A DNA stretch of 63,242 nt, the filler included, from Lenisia limosa (Eukaryota > Protista > Breviatea), in the NCBI GenBank assembly GCA_001655205.1. It is 10 parts of 10 records of this genome, joined end to end, with 100 filler letters (N's around TTAATTAATTAA, not from the genome) between each part and the next. Parts side by side here need not be neighbours in the genome. Positions count along the whole stretch, not along the records: positions 1 to 13,123 come from LPNZ01005956.1; positions 13,224 to 17,949 come from LPNZ01000054.1; 8 more parts are not named here. The stretch is one strand, 5' to 3'. Every line of letters begins with the position of its first letter. Position 1 is the stretch's first letter. A program made the position numbers and the translations under genes. A model generated the notes under the pieces. That model saw nothing but the letters and a program-made list of their open reading frames with translations. It was not told the origin of the DNA and did no database searches. Positions 1 to 13,299 of the stretch are shown here, in pieces.

Positions 1-16
1 GCCCCCCCCCCCCCAG

Positions 17-3000
17 CAATCAGTTGAATCCTCGAACCTCAAGGCGAAAGCGCACCAGGAGGCACATGACCATTTGGCAGAGGCCAAAATCCGATTCGAG
101 TCCCACATCAGGAAGCTCAGTGGGGGGGACGTTGATTTGGTCTTGAATTTTCCCTCACACTGTACTATTGAGAAATTTTGAAATACCAAGGTTGTTGATT
201 TTTGTTCCGGAATAGGAAGGCAAAAGTTAACCGCTTTGACTTGCTCAGGTCAACAGTTGGCGGAGTCCTTGAACCGCATCAAGTGTGTAACGAAGGACAG
301 TGTTTTACTCCGCTCGCGACTTGTGGGGGGAGGTCGACTTATCTGGGCGTTGTGTTTTCCCACATTTCTGTCTTTTTACCTTTGAGCTTTATCCTGTTTT
401 CACATACCCCCAACAGGCGGTTGTTGTGTCACATCATGACGATTTGGTTGCGGAAATCAAGTACAAAGACAAGGGTAAGTTGGTTTTGGGCACAGTTTTC
501 AAACAACACCTACTCTTCAATCAAACTGCTTAATTTACTCAAGACCATTTTTTTTTGTTTTGTTGTTTTGACATTTTTATAGTGTTGTTTTTCGTCGTTC
601 TTCAATCTGTTATTTCTTGATTTTGTTGATGTATTTAGTATTCTACACACTTACCTAACTATTGCAGTAAACACCACATTGACCCAAACGTTCCAAAACA
701 AACTTCACCATCTACTCTCAAAGCAAAGCGGCACTTTTGCCGGTAGGGAGGGGGGCACCAGGTAGTCAATGAATTCTTTGTTAATTATTGATACAGTTTT
801 TTTTTGGATAATTTACCACAGTATTCGCATTTCTTACCTTTAAAGGAACTTCCAACTTGCTGCAGTCAATGCACGAGGAGCAGACCCACTCAATTGAAGA
901 GCTGCGGTGAGGGGGGGGGGCTTTTAAGACAATTTCTAAGGCATTCGGTCGGAAGAGTCCGTGTTATCTTCTTCTTCGACTCGGATTCATTCGACCCTCC
1001 TTTAGGCAGCATCAGCGGGAGCACCACGAAGAGTTTCTTAAACGCGAGGGGTTGCGTCAGCGCGAAGTGCGACGCCAGCATCTTGCAGCTATCACCCGCC
1101 AAGATGAGGTTGGAGTCTGGGTGGATGTTTAAATGTGCAATGTGAAAATTGTATTATTTGTGCTTAAGCTTCTCATGTCAGGTGACTAAATGTGTTCTTT
1201 AATATCTATAAAGTTGTATCATTAAAGATCCTGTATCCTTTTATTTCTGCCAGATATCAATGCAATCAATGAGGCCGCTTTTTAACGGAACCATGACGGT
1301 GCCCACCCCATCTCAGGAAACGTGGGCGTTTTACAATCTTCTTCTATTAAGCTATTCCAACACGTCTTGCTATATTACACCATCCATTCACCCCCCTTAC
1401 CAGGATGCAATCTGTCACCGATGCCCAAAAACTTTCCTCCTCAGCTGCTCCAATTGACCCTTTTGCAGTTTCCCAGTGGGTCAGAGAATTGACATTGATT
1501 TGGAGTATTTTTCATAGTGACTGTTTTGTTTATTATTATTTACTTTGTAGATTAGTTGCAAGTCAACAGGCTAGAATTGAGGACCAAAACAGTGTCATAT
1601 CGAATCAACAAAAGAACATCGCTGCGTCACAGGTGAGGCGACTGGAACGCTAACGTGGTGCAGGGGAGAGGGGGATCATATATTGTCTAATCCCATTCAG
1701 GTCAAGTCCGCTTTAGACAGTATTTCAGGAGTATCACGAAAGCCGGAGGTATGTTCTGTCTCCAAACACATAGCTGATGGCCAGCGACCCTAAATCCACT
1801 ACCTCTGTTTAGTTCTAAAGCTTCACCACCGGGGAACAGGAACCGGAAAGAACTGGTCTATTTTCTGGTTCTCGGTTCTCAGATTTTGAAAATCGAGTTT
1901 TGGTTCCGGTTCCAAAATCGGAACCAACTCATGGGTTTGATCCGCAGATTGGTCGTTTTTTTCTCTTTTTCATCTCTATTTTTACCACACACCAGAACAA
2001 AATATCAAACACAATTAAAATTGATGGTGGGGATGATAACCTTACATATATTGAGCATAAATTCATGTTTAATTACGACATGGATCAAAAAATGCAGATA
2101 TTAAAAAAATCAAACACATAATTTGTATTTGGTGATTAATAGCATAACCGTAACCTATTTGTAATTTAGCTTATGGTTTCGGTAAATAAGTGGTTCCGGT
2201 TTATTTAGTTCTCACAGTTTTAGACACAGCAGTTTGACTTGGAACTTCTCAAGTCAGTTTTCCAACTGGGTCAAGTTTCTACTGCTGAAATGGAAGACGA
2301 TGAAGATGAAGAGGTTGGGTGATGTTGATCAAGCAGAATTAATGCGTACAACTTTTTTTCTTCCAATTCTCCTTGACGAAATTCAAAAGGAATTCCATGC
2401 TAAGCAGTTTGTTGTTTTCAAATTCTTATCTCTTTTTCATGTGCATTATTTCAAAAGTACAATTTCTAGTTTGTTTCTTTTTCAATGAAGATATGTTCTG
2501 CTACATCCTGCGTTATTTCCTTTTAAAATCCACTATTTCATTGTGTTGACACCCTAGATGGTAACCAGGGTTGCTGAAGGAAGCGGTGCCATAGCCGAGG
2601 CCGTTCGAGCTATGCAGGTGGGGAAGGCTGCTGTTGTTTTGTCTTTGTATCACAACAGTTGTTAAAATTACCCGCGTCTTTTCTCTCATCGTCCTCTTCA
2701 CCTATGCTCTCAGCATATTGACGACTCGCGAAAACCCCTTGGTGGGCCTGCCAAAGCCGAACTGTCCCGTATTAAGTCCCAGCTTGCCGAGAAGAAGGAC
2801 GTTCTTCACGGACTCGATAACGAGGTGGGAATGGTCAAGGTGATTGTGTATATAGTGGTGGGATGGTCCCTAAAAAGGCCAAATCAAATATTGCTGTGTG
2901 ATGAATTGATAAATAGTCAAATTTTTATGGAAGTAGTTATCAGCGATATTTTTTCCCTTTCTGTTAAAATTACGATGATGTCTTAACCCGACTTTGTTGA

Positions 3001-6000
3001 ATTGGGTCTGACAACACAATATACTCAGCTATGCATTTGCTTCATAACCTTGATAACCGCTATAGGAGGCTCGTGCGCGTGCTCGACTTGATGCGCTGAG
3101 TGCGGCTCTCCAGGCCTGGGAGCATGCTAGAGTAAGTAGGGCTGGAAGACCCTTTTATTAACAAGATCAAAGTGAAGATGGGGTTGTGAAACACCAAGCA
3201 CCATTGTCATTGTACCTTTAATATATGTGGAGTTATCTTCGCAGCAAGAACGGCTCTCTCGAGAGGCGAGTGACGAACAGTCCCTTTTGGTTGGTTTTGG
3301 AGTGGTCATGTTTTCTAGAACCCTCGTTTTCACAGCACCAGGTTGAGGAGGAACGAAGAGCTGAGCGTAAGGCCGCGGCCGAGGCTGACATAGAGGTCGT
3401 GCTGGAGCTTCAGAAGCAGGAGAAGGATGTGCTAGGTGGGGATACGTGTTTTTTTTTTCTGCACGCATGATGATAAAGCGATATTTGAATCGGTCAACAT
3501 TTCTTGAGTCTTTTTATTGTTGGAGAGTACTGGGATCATTTATTCTGCTTCTCTTTATCTAATTCTTGTTTTAGCCAACTTGAGGGGCCAAATTGATGGT
3601 GCACGAAAAGAGCTGGAAAGTATCCGACAAGAAATGAGTGCAACAGGTGAAGCAGCAGGGGGGNNNNNNNNNNNNNNNNNNNNNNNNNNNNNNNNNNNNN
3701 NNNNNNNNNNNNNNNNNNNNNNNNNNNNNNNNNNNNGTTCGCTGACAGCCGATATTGCCCTTGCTGAGGAGAAGCTTGCGAAGGCCGTGGCCGATCGAAA
3801 TGTGTGTTGAGGGCAAGAGTATATTCCCCATACAATGCGGATCAAGACTTTTCTATGAATTAAGATAGAACGCTAACGCTCTACAGGCTTCAGAGGCAAT
3901 GCACGCCCAGGTGTTGGAGCTGATTACTGAAGCCCATAAACACAGGGAGGAGATTGAGACGAATGCAGTACTTCGTCAAGAAGAGGAAACAGTGGGAAGG
4001 GTCTCACTTTTGTTTCTCAAGGAAGTCTTTTTTTGCATGATCAACAGTCAAACAAAATTTTGTCTTTATTCACTCGCTAGGCCCGTTTAAATGGCTGGGT
4101 GGCTGGTCAAGAAGAGGCATTTAATGCTGAAATAATGGCACGGCGGTGGGAAGGGGGAATTAGGATATAAGTTTGTTGATATTATATAATGAAACTACTC
4201 TTCTCCGCAAGATTTCACGCATTAAGGGCCGAATTGGATAGTGACATTGCCACAAGCCGAGCAAACGCCCTTGAGGAATCTGCCAATATCATTGACCAGG
4301 CAAGGACCACCGCTGAGAGTGGGCTTTTTGTCTTCTTTGGTTACTTCTCTTTGTTATCCTCTTTTTTGCACTTGTTTGTAGTTTATTTCGGACCGCAAAA
4401 GCAACAACTCTACTAGACTCATTTGTGTGAGATACGAGAAGGGAAGCAAGGAAATACCACTGTTGTTGACATTTTCCAAGATTAAAACCCTTGGTTTACC
4501 TTGTTGTTCCCATTGTATTCTTTTGACCCTGTAGACGAGTCCGCAGCAGCCAAGGTGGAATGCGACAAAATCATCCAAGATGCAAAGGAGGAAGCGTCTA
4601 AGCAAGTATGTTTGGTCAAGCTCATTATGGTCACCCTTCTGATGTTGTAAAAGGAATCGTAAACCGTACGTATTATTGTGTAATAACCGCCTATCCCCGT
4701 ATAGACTGTCGAAAAGCTTCGTATTGCGGAGTCTGACGCGAATGCCGTGCTCTCCGCTGCGCGTCTGCGCGCACAGCAAGTCAAGGCGGCCGTGGCCGAG
4801 AAGGTTCGTTAGACTAGCTGGTTACCAAGGGGGCTTATATTGTATATCATTTCGTATACAATGATAAATGCAAACAGGTTTACAGAACTACTAGGATATT
4901 GCCTCAATTATTGCTAAAACACCACCTTGTGTACAACATGCCTATGATTTGGCGCAGCGATATTTAAATGACAACATTCTCCTCACTTTGCCCGTTATTG
5001 TTCACTTTGCCCGTTATCCGTTATAGTTCACTTTGCCGTTACACTCATATCCTACCGTATCTCTAGGTCAAGGCCGAAGCGCAGCGCAGCGCAGTGGACG
5101 CACAGAAACGATTCGAAGCCGCAGAGGACCGTCTGAGTGATAGGTTTGGGGGGGGGGACAGGTACATATTTGGGAAGAGTTAGATTGTGGAGGAGGGGGT
5201 AATAGACAACGCCTTTGAAAAACTATAACAGTCATGCATAAGGAAATGTTAAGCACTGCATATGTATGGGGGCACCAAAGTTTATGGCTGATCTCTATAG
5301 GGAGCGCCACCTTGAGGAAAGAGAATCCGAAATCACCAAGCAGATGGCTGATCTCTGGTCTAAACTCAGAGTAGGGGGGGGGGGGGANNNNNNNNNNNNN
5401 NNNNNNNNNNNNNNNNNNNNNNNNNNNNNNGCTGTGTATGCCTATGGCAATCCTGTCATTTTTTTTAGGATGAGGAGGAAGCAGAACGATCGAGGTGGCG
5501 AGAGGAGGAAACTCGGAGGTTGGTTGTGTGTGCCGATATAACTGTATCTTATAGTTTTAGTTTCCTTTGACTCTGTTAATGCTATGAATACAACGTTTTT
5601 TAAGACTTTTTTANNNNNNNNNNNNNNNNNNNNNNNNNNNNNNNNNNNNNNNNNNNNNNNNNNNNNNNNNNNNNNNNNNNNNNNNNNNNNNNNNNNNNNN
5701 NNNNNNNNNNNNNNNNNNNNNNNNNATTGAAGTCTCAAAATCAAAATTGACCCACCCTTAGGGCCTGGGACACCGTCCAAAAGGCGGCAAGCGACAAGGC
5801 AAAGCTTGTGGAGGAGAATAGGTGGAGGGGTCCCAAATATCTGTCATAACGTGAGTGCCTCTCACGGCTATTTTTAGGCCAATTGAAGTCTAATCAAATC
5901 TCTTTGTGTGGCACTCTGTTTTAGATGTTTGGGTTGCCAAAAAGAGCAACTGATACGATGCTTTCTAATATTTCTGAAAACAGACATCGCCCTGCTAAAA

Positions 6001-9000
6001 TTATTCCAGATCGCTCCAAGACCTGTTGGTCAGAGGCCCCAACCAAGCCCAAGAATCACAAAGCGAATGTTGGTCAACCTGTGCTCTTATTGCTCTTTTT
6101 TTCTTTGTTTACGTGTACTAATCCCCATAGCCACCCAGCCGCCGCGTTTGGACCTCTCCCAGTTGGCGTCAGAACCGAAAAAGGCATCTGCTGCCGATGT
6201 TGCTGATCTGCTGAAGGAAGTCAGGGTATGGGTTTCCGTCAATGTTATCTGAAGGCTGCAGCTTAATCTAACTTTCCTTTTCAAACTGATAATACCGTAG
6301 GCCCAACCCAGTTCTCATCCCAATTCTCCAAAAGACAAAAAACTCTCAAGGTGAGAATAATGTGCAGTGTCAACCATTTCATCCAGTACTTTTATGTGCT
6401 GATTGAACTATCAATGCTGCACTGCTCTCCTCTTACCTTCTATTTCCTTCTAAACTTAAAGGTTGAAATCCCTCGTCAACCCCATTTCATGTTTTCTCGA
6501 GTATCCGTCAGCAGTATCCCCTCACACTACTTTGACTTTGTAGTGTTTTGGATGCTATCGAGTCCTCTGGCCAGAAAAGCTCTACTGATTCCACATCCAC
6601 GGTATGAAGGGCAAAATGACGTGTTGCAGTCAATTTGACTGGGAAAAGACAATATGATATCCTCAAAATCCTAAAGAATGAACCCCCCACCTCAACATCC
6701 CAACACAGCTATTCTCACCCCCCCTCTTTTTTCGGTTCGTGATTAGTAACTTTACGCCAATAATCTTTATCGAAATTTCCTTCGTTTACCCCCCCCCCCA
6801 GGCCAAGGCCACCCCAGGACNNNNNNNNNNNNNNNNNNNNNNNNNNNNNNNNNNNNNNNNNNCGCTCTCAAGAAAATGGCACCGGGCGTGGCTCCTCCCA
6901 CCACCGTCGTGATGTCCATGAGTGATGACGAGCTAATGGACAGGTACGCCACTTCTTCTTTCACCACTACTACAGCTTACTCTCAACAACCCTTCGTTTG
7001 ATGAGTCGTACGTGTGATTAGTTTTTTCAGATCGTATCTTGTTCCAACTAGGGCTCGGGTCAATTAATTTTAGAAATTAACAAAATTAAAAATTTAAGTG
7101 TCTGAAAAGGGGTTCTGGTTACACTATGATGTCCCACTTCAAATTTTGCTTTTTTTTGCACGAAGCCCTAGTTCCAACGCTACTAACCCCACAGGATCCG
7201 TCAATCCCAGCGACAAAGCGGACGAACACGCCCGACAGCCGCACTCAAAGACCTCAATGTAGGCTTCGGTTAGGTGCACACTGTGTGCGAATTTGAAAAA
7301 GTATCTTGTTAGCTTTGCATTTGACATATTAGGGCACAATGGACCTGTTCTCAATGCTTGGAGGCGTGCGAGAACAGCCAGTAGCCATTCCTGACTCCCC
7401 CAGTGTCTTGAGTACAGGGGAGTGTTTAATTGAGAGATGACAGGGTGAATAGACGGTTTTTTTTATTAATTTATCACAATCAAAGGATCCTTCGTTTTAC
7501 ACCGCCCCCAGGCACTCCACCGCCACCGCCGCCGCCCATGCCGCCGCCGGAAAGAGCTCAAAAGGTCCAGCCTGCTGCTCTTCAGGAGCTTCTTGCCTTG
7601 CAGAGCGTGAGGGGAAGGGGTTATGATGTCTTTAAGAAATGCCTTTCGTGTTGTCATTTTTAGCGTGATTCAGCTCTCGAGTTTTCTTGTATGTATGCAC
7701 TGATCAACCCCCAGAAGTCCCCATCTAAGCCTCGAAAGCAGAAGGAGCCCGAACCATTGGATATGATGGCTGAGCTGAGGCTGAAGCAGACCAAAAAGAA
7801 AAGCTCGGGGCCCATTGAAAGCCCTCGTGCAAGGAGGCGGCGAATGGCTGAGGAGGAGAAGGCGGAAAGAGACGCCCAAATACAAAAACCGAAACTTCGG
7901 TCAACTAAGAAGCTTGTGTCTCCTTCCCCAGCTTCACCGCCTACCCCGCGACGTGAGATTTCGGAGCCGCAGCCTCTCTACGATAGTTCATCCGAACAGA
8001 CCACTTCGGTGACAGAAACGTCGGAATCGGAAGCGGATAACAGGCCGACGGTACTTACTGAGGATGTGCGTGATTGGCTCGGAGATGTTTGGTCTGATGC
8101 GAATCCCACTGCTGCTCCAAACACCACGGAGGACTGGGATGGTAAGTCGGGGTTACTTGGGTTTGGGCATGGCTTGTTGGGCTAGAAAGTGTTATTTTGT
8201 GAAATAACAGGTAATGACTTCCCTTTTCTTCCCCCATGATTGGTCTCTCTTTTGTTTTACTTACGTTGCATTTGTTTCCAATTTTGTTTCTTACCCCCAA
8301 GGCATGGCGTGGGAGTCACGAGCCGCTCGACTTGCTCGAAGAGAGGACGAAGTCTCAAAACAGGTTTGACGTGGCCATAGTCTCTGGTACATTTGTTTGA
8401 CGTGGCCATAGTCTCTGATATAGTACCTGATGCATAGCTGTACAATGATACCCCAAGTGCTGTGCTAATATTCTTCTGCCAAATTATTTCTGATTTGCAT
8501 AACCCCTCTCCCCCCAGAGTGAAGTAGCGATGAAGCGAGAAGACGAGATTCTAAGGCAACAAAGGGATGTTGATGCTGCGGCCAGCAGACTCGCAGACCA
8601 AGATAGCATTGTGGGCGGGGCGTTAGTAAGATTAGGGAACTTTTTTTTTTTTTTTTTTTTTTACNNNNNNNNNNNNNNNNNNNNNNNNNNNNNNNNNNNN
8701 NNNNNNNNNNNNNNNNNNNNNNNNNNNNNNNNNNNNAGAGTCGGAAGGGTACTTAAGCGATTGCTACTTCTAAAATAGATATTAATTTAGTGTATCATTT
8801 CTGCTTAGTCGTGCTTGATTCACCTTCAAGGTCTCGGAGAAACTTCGCGAGGCTGCCTTGAAGGATGAGGAGCTCACCAAAAGAGAAGAGGTGGGATATA
8901 CTGCGGTAGATCTGAACATTTCGAAGTTTTAAATTACACCTTTTTTCACACTGTCTTTTAGGAACTCGTGACGTCTCTTAACGAGGTCGATGAATTACGC

Positions 9001-12000
9001 GCAGAAATGGAGCGCATGCGTGCAGAGTATCAGGCAGATCGCGCCCTCCTGATCCGCGAGAAAGAGGCTGTTGACATTGCTGCCTCAAGGTAGGGGTGAC
9101 CCCACATTCCTTCCAAATCAGGCACTGTGTATTTATATAATGGGAGTATTCTTATGATATGAACAGGTGAAACTTTATGTATTCAACCGACCCACTTCCT
9201 TTTTCACAAGTGACTGGCCTGGGCTTTGTTNNNNNNNNNNNNNNNNNNNNNNNNNNNNNNNNNNNNNNNNNNNNNNNNNNNNNNNNNNNNNNNNNNNNNN
9301 NNNNNNNNNNNNNNNNNNNNNNAGCAGACAGCACGTGACATAGCCCGGCAGTTTGACATGTTCAAGGCTGACGCTGAGATGAAGTCCTCCGATCTGACCC
9401 TCAGAAATAAGGAGCTAGAGGTACGGGGCTGCAGGCTGTTTTTGATTGATTGATTTTTTTTTCTGCACATCTGTTTTATTGTTGTTTTTGTTTCGTATCT
9501 CCTCATTTTGGTAAACCAGTCACCCCCTTAACCCCTCACCAGGCCCAACTATCCACGCTCAAGGCCAGCATTGCCCTGGACAGTTCGGAGAGTCTTGGCG
9601 CTGACGCCGCACGCGAAGTTGAGGATGCTGCACGTGAGGCGCGTGAGACTCAGCTCCATAAGGATATTGAGGTAACCGGATGTTGGTGTCAACTGATTTG
9701 GCACTGTAAAGATAGAGTTTTTTTTTGTTGTTGTTGGTAGTTGAGCTTAGGTGATACACTGCTTTAAATTGCCATCATACATCACCTTACCCTCACAGGA
9801 GCTTCGTGCGACAGAAAAGACTCTAAGAGAACAGCAGAGAGACGCCCAGGCCAAGTCAGCAGCACAGATCGAACAGCTTCAGGCTGAACGGAAGGTTTGG
9901 ATGGACATAAGCTGATGTGTGATGGGGCGATGGTTGATTCTCATGCATGGTTGCCGGCCAAATGTTCATTCGTTTCTCCAGTTTTTGTAATCTAAGTTCT
10001 CTGGTGCTCTGACCTCCCCCCCCCCCCCNNNNNNNNNNNNNNNNNNNNNNNNNNNNNNNNNNNNNNNNNNNNNNNNNNNNNNNNNNNNNNNNNNNNNNNN
10101 NNNNNNNNNNNNNNNNNNNNNTAGAGCAGCACGCAGCGGACCTGGCAGCGTCGCTCTCCAACAGCTCCGAGGCAGCCAGTCGCCAAGCCGTGGCTAACGA
10201 GGATTCGCGTGTCGCCTTGAGGAACTCTGAGAACGACGTGGCACGACTGCAGGCCGAGCTGAGGGTCCGCGAGGAGGCCCATCTCACCAAAGAGCAGATG
10301 TGGGCAGAAGCACAAAAGCTTGAGAGCGAGGAGCGCCGGCGGCAAGAGGAGAAACAGGCCGAATCTGTGGCCGAAGTCATTCGACTCCGGACCGGGGAGG
10401 CTCTGGATCGGGCACGGATCGCTGAGGACCGCGCGGCCCGGGCTGAAGATGGCCGTTTGGAAGAACGACGGAGGGTGCGCGACCTTGAGGCCGAAATGGC
10501 GCGATTACGTCACCAGTCGGAAGAGGAAAGTCGGGAGCAGCGTCGAAAGCATGATGAGGAGGCTCGGAGGGACCAGGAGGAAAGAGACCGACTCGCCCGA
10601 AAGAGCAAGGAGGAAAGTGAGGCTATCCTGGCGGCCGCGAAGGCGATACAGGAGGGACAGGAGACGGAGAGACGCGAAAGACGAATGGTGGGCAACCCTG
10701 GTGTTATAATGAGCATAAAGTACATAATATTCTGGTGGACAATTGATATTACATGATATTAATTTAATGTTGCATATTACTCACATTTCCCTTTTATTCT
10801 ATGACCACGGATTCTTGTTTACTGACCATAAAAGGCATCCGAAGCCGAAGCCGCTCGACTCATCAAGGGCATGCAGGAAATTGAGGCTCGCGCAACGGCG
10901 AGGGAAGAGGAGCTCAAGCGTGCGGAGCAGGTCATTGGTGTTCCTCGCTTTTTGTTTTAGACATCTTTATACTATGAAAAACACTACCTCATGAACATTT
11001 TTCTATTCAAAACTCTATCCAATTTCTTTTCATTGTGTTTGTTCCAGCATCATAATTCTTCATTCAAACAATCGCCGCTGTCCCTGTCTTATTTGGCTCA
11101 CTTTGCAGGCGTCACTGCTTCGGATCCAAGAGGTGGAGCTCAAGGCGGCTGAAGAAGCCCAACTCAGAGCGCAGAAGGAGCAGGTACGGGCATTTGGAAC
11201 TTCATTGTTGTTACAAATACTAAAGAGATGTCACAGGCTTCACTTTCCAGGAACTTGAACAGGTTCACCGCCAAGCCTCTCAAATGAAAACTTCGGCTGA
11301 CGAAATGGCGGAATCTGCGAGGAGGCTTCGAGCCGAGCATAACCTTCCCGAGAAGGAAAGTAGTGAGCCATCTCCTGCACCCACTCAAGAAAGTACTCCG
11401 GCTTCTCCAGCCAAGGTATGAATTGTTAATGGGTCGTCGTGATTCCTTGCTTCACATCCCTGATGGCTTTTCCTCATATTAATCATGCAATATCCCCTGC
11501 TCATCACTCTTCCCTCCAGGCAAGCCCCGCGTACTCTCCGGATGAGCCCCAAGTGTTGAGTTCGCAACAGACTCGATCTGGTGACAGTGGTATGTTGAAC
11601 ACATCCATTTGAATCGCGTGATGATTCTCGATAAATAATCGCTATTTTTTGATATTCATGGGGTGAATGCTGTTTGTTATGTTATTCTTCACGTGATATA
11701 TGAAATGCTGACTACTACTGTCAAAAAGCATACTGCTTTTGCTTCCCTTTGTAACGGTTTAGAAGCCACAGACGTCTTGCTGCCGAATACGATGCAGGAG
11801 ACTGAGAGCCTCCAGGCACTTCTTGACAGCACTCCACCATCTTCAGGGTATGACTTGGGATGAAGGTACTTTTAACCATTACATGTTGTGTGCGTGACGG
11901 CTATTTATTCATCCAAAATTCCATTGGTGTCTTGCCACACTCGTTCCATTGACTTGTCCACTCGTTCCATTGCTGACTTGCCTATAGCAGTCGAAGACGT

Positions 12001-13105
12001 CGGAAGAAGAAAAAGGGAGGAGACAGCGACCTTGAAGCTCTATTGGCTTCGGGTGGGCTAGGCTTTACGGTTTTCTTATGTTTCAATGCTTGTTATAACG
12101 TATTGGCTGATTCGATTCGTTGTATTAGGAATAATTGTGACTGTCCAGCTGCAAGTCTTCCGGTCTTACCCCCCAATCCTGATGAAGAAGGTTAGGACGG
12201 GGCTTTTCTTTCCAATAATAACGACTTTTGTAATATAACCGTTGTGTTTTTGACTCCATTTGATCTGTTACAGAGAACAAGGCGTCAGCGGAGGATCTCA
12301 TGGCAGAGTTGGAATCTTCCCCAAGTGTGTCAAGTGGGATTGGGTCATACATCACTATTCTCTTAGTCACACACTATTTTCCCAAAACTGTTGGGTAAAC
12401 CTCACCAAAAGGGATCTCACTCTCCGCAGTCCCCGTGCCCCCGCTGATTCACGCCGAAAGCTCTGAGTCGTTACTCGCTGCCTTGGTTGGTCACTTCTTT
12501 TGTGAATGGACATCCTGTGGCTTGTTAGCTCTTTCCCTGACCCTGTGGCTTGTTAGCTCTTTTCCTGACCCGATAGACCGAAGACAATGACGGACCTCTC
12601 TCAGCCAAATCCATGGGCAAAAAGGACATGCTACAAGTGGGCGTGAAACTGAGACTCTATTTCGCACTCAACTTTTCTCTCTTTTTCTCTCAAGCCTGTC
12701 TGAACTCGTCTCTCACCATGTTAAACAGCTATGTTATGTTTAGTGTTTATTCCATACCCCCCTCCCAGGATCTCTTGGAACAGGCCCAGGGACCGCCCAA
12801 GCCGACCCGGGCCGCTACCATTGGGGATATGAATCTTCTATCATCAACTGACCCCGTATCATCTAAGCGGAGAAAAAAATTGTCATCTGGTGAGGGGGGA
12901 GAATGTGATCAACAAAGAAGCGTTCTTTGGTTGCGTAATCTCTCAAAGGTTGCGTAATCTCTCAAAGGTACATTTATTATCCTATTTTCCAGAGTATCCT
13001 GAAAACAGGATGTTACGGAAGGCTTCGGCCAGTTGCAACTTTTTTTCTCTTACTCAATTAGGAAGTCCCTCCTCTACCCCGGATTCAGCAGGTCGCCGCC
13101 GCAAG
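17..13105 (+). CDS. Large multi-exon coiled-coil protein with central polyproline stretches and a low-complexity C-terminal part (partial at both ends)
   Basis: Dozens of short GT-AG exons in frame, e.g. 17-119 (QSVESSNLKAKAHQEAHDHLAEAKIRFESHIRKL), ~1006-1105 (QHQREHHEEFLKREGLRQREVRRQ), ~7490-7605 (PPPGTPPPPPPPMPPP), ~7717-8140 and ~10122-10690 (E/R/A/Q-rich heptads). No catalytic domain recognised. Confidence 0.75.
1816..2203. mobile_element. 388-bp non-autonomous hAT-like DNA element in an intron
   Basis: Perfect 8-bp flanking direct repeat TTTAGTTC (1808-1815, 2204-2211). Imperfect 14-bp TIR (TAAAGCTTCACCAC vs reverse complement TAAACCGGAACCAC, 10/14). Internal repeated GGAACC/GGTTCC motifs. 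Confidence 0.6.
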
Positions 13106-13123
13106 GTTGGCTTGTGCACCTTT

Positions 13124-13223
13124 NNNNNNNNNNNNNNNNNNNNNNNNNNNNNNNNNNNNNNNNNNNNTTAATTAATTAANNNNNNNNNNNNNNNNNNNNN
13201 NNNNNNNNNNNNNNNNNNNNNNN
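13124..13223. other. Artificial scaffold-joining spacer N44-TTAATTAATTAA-N44 (first of nine)
   Basis: The same 12-mer, with stops in all six frames, sits inside N runs at 13168, 17994, 26641, 30585, 38847, 47812, 50315, 53546 and 54853. Confidence 0.97.
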
Positions 13224-13299
13224 TATATGTATAATCTCATATGTATGTATTTTATGTATCATTTCCATATCGATATGTAATATGTACGCATTATATATC

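Noticed and set aside
13168-13179. TTAATTAATTAA as a biological motif
   Set aside because: Always centred in 44+44 N; a synthetic six-frame-stop linker.
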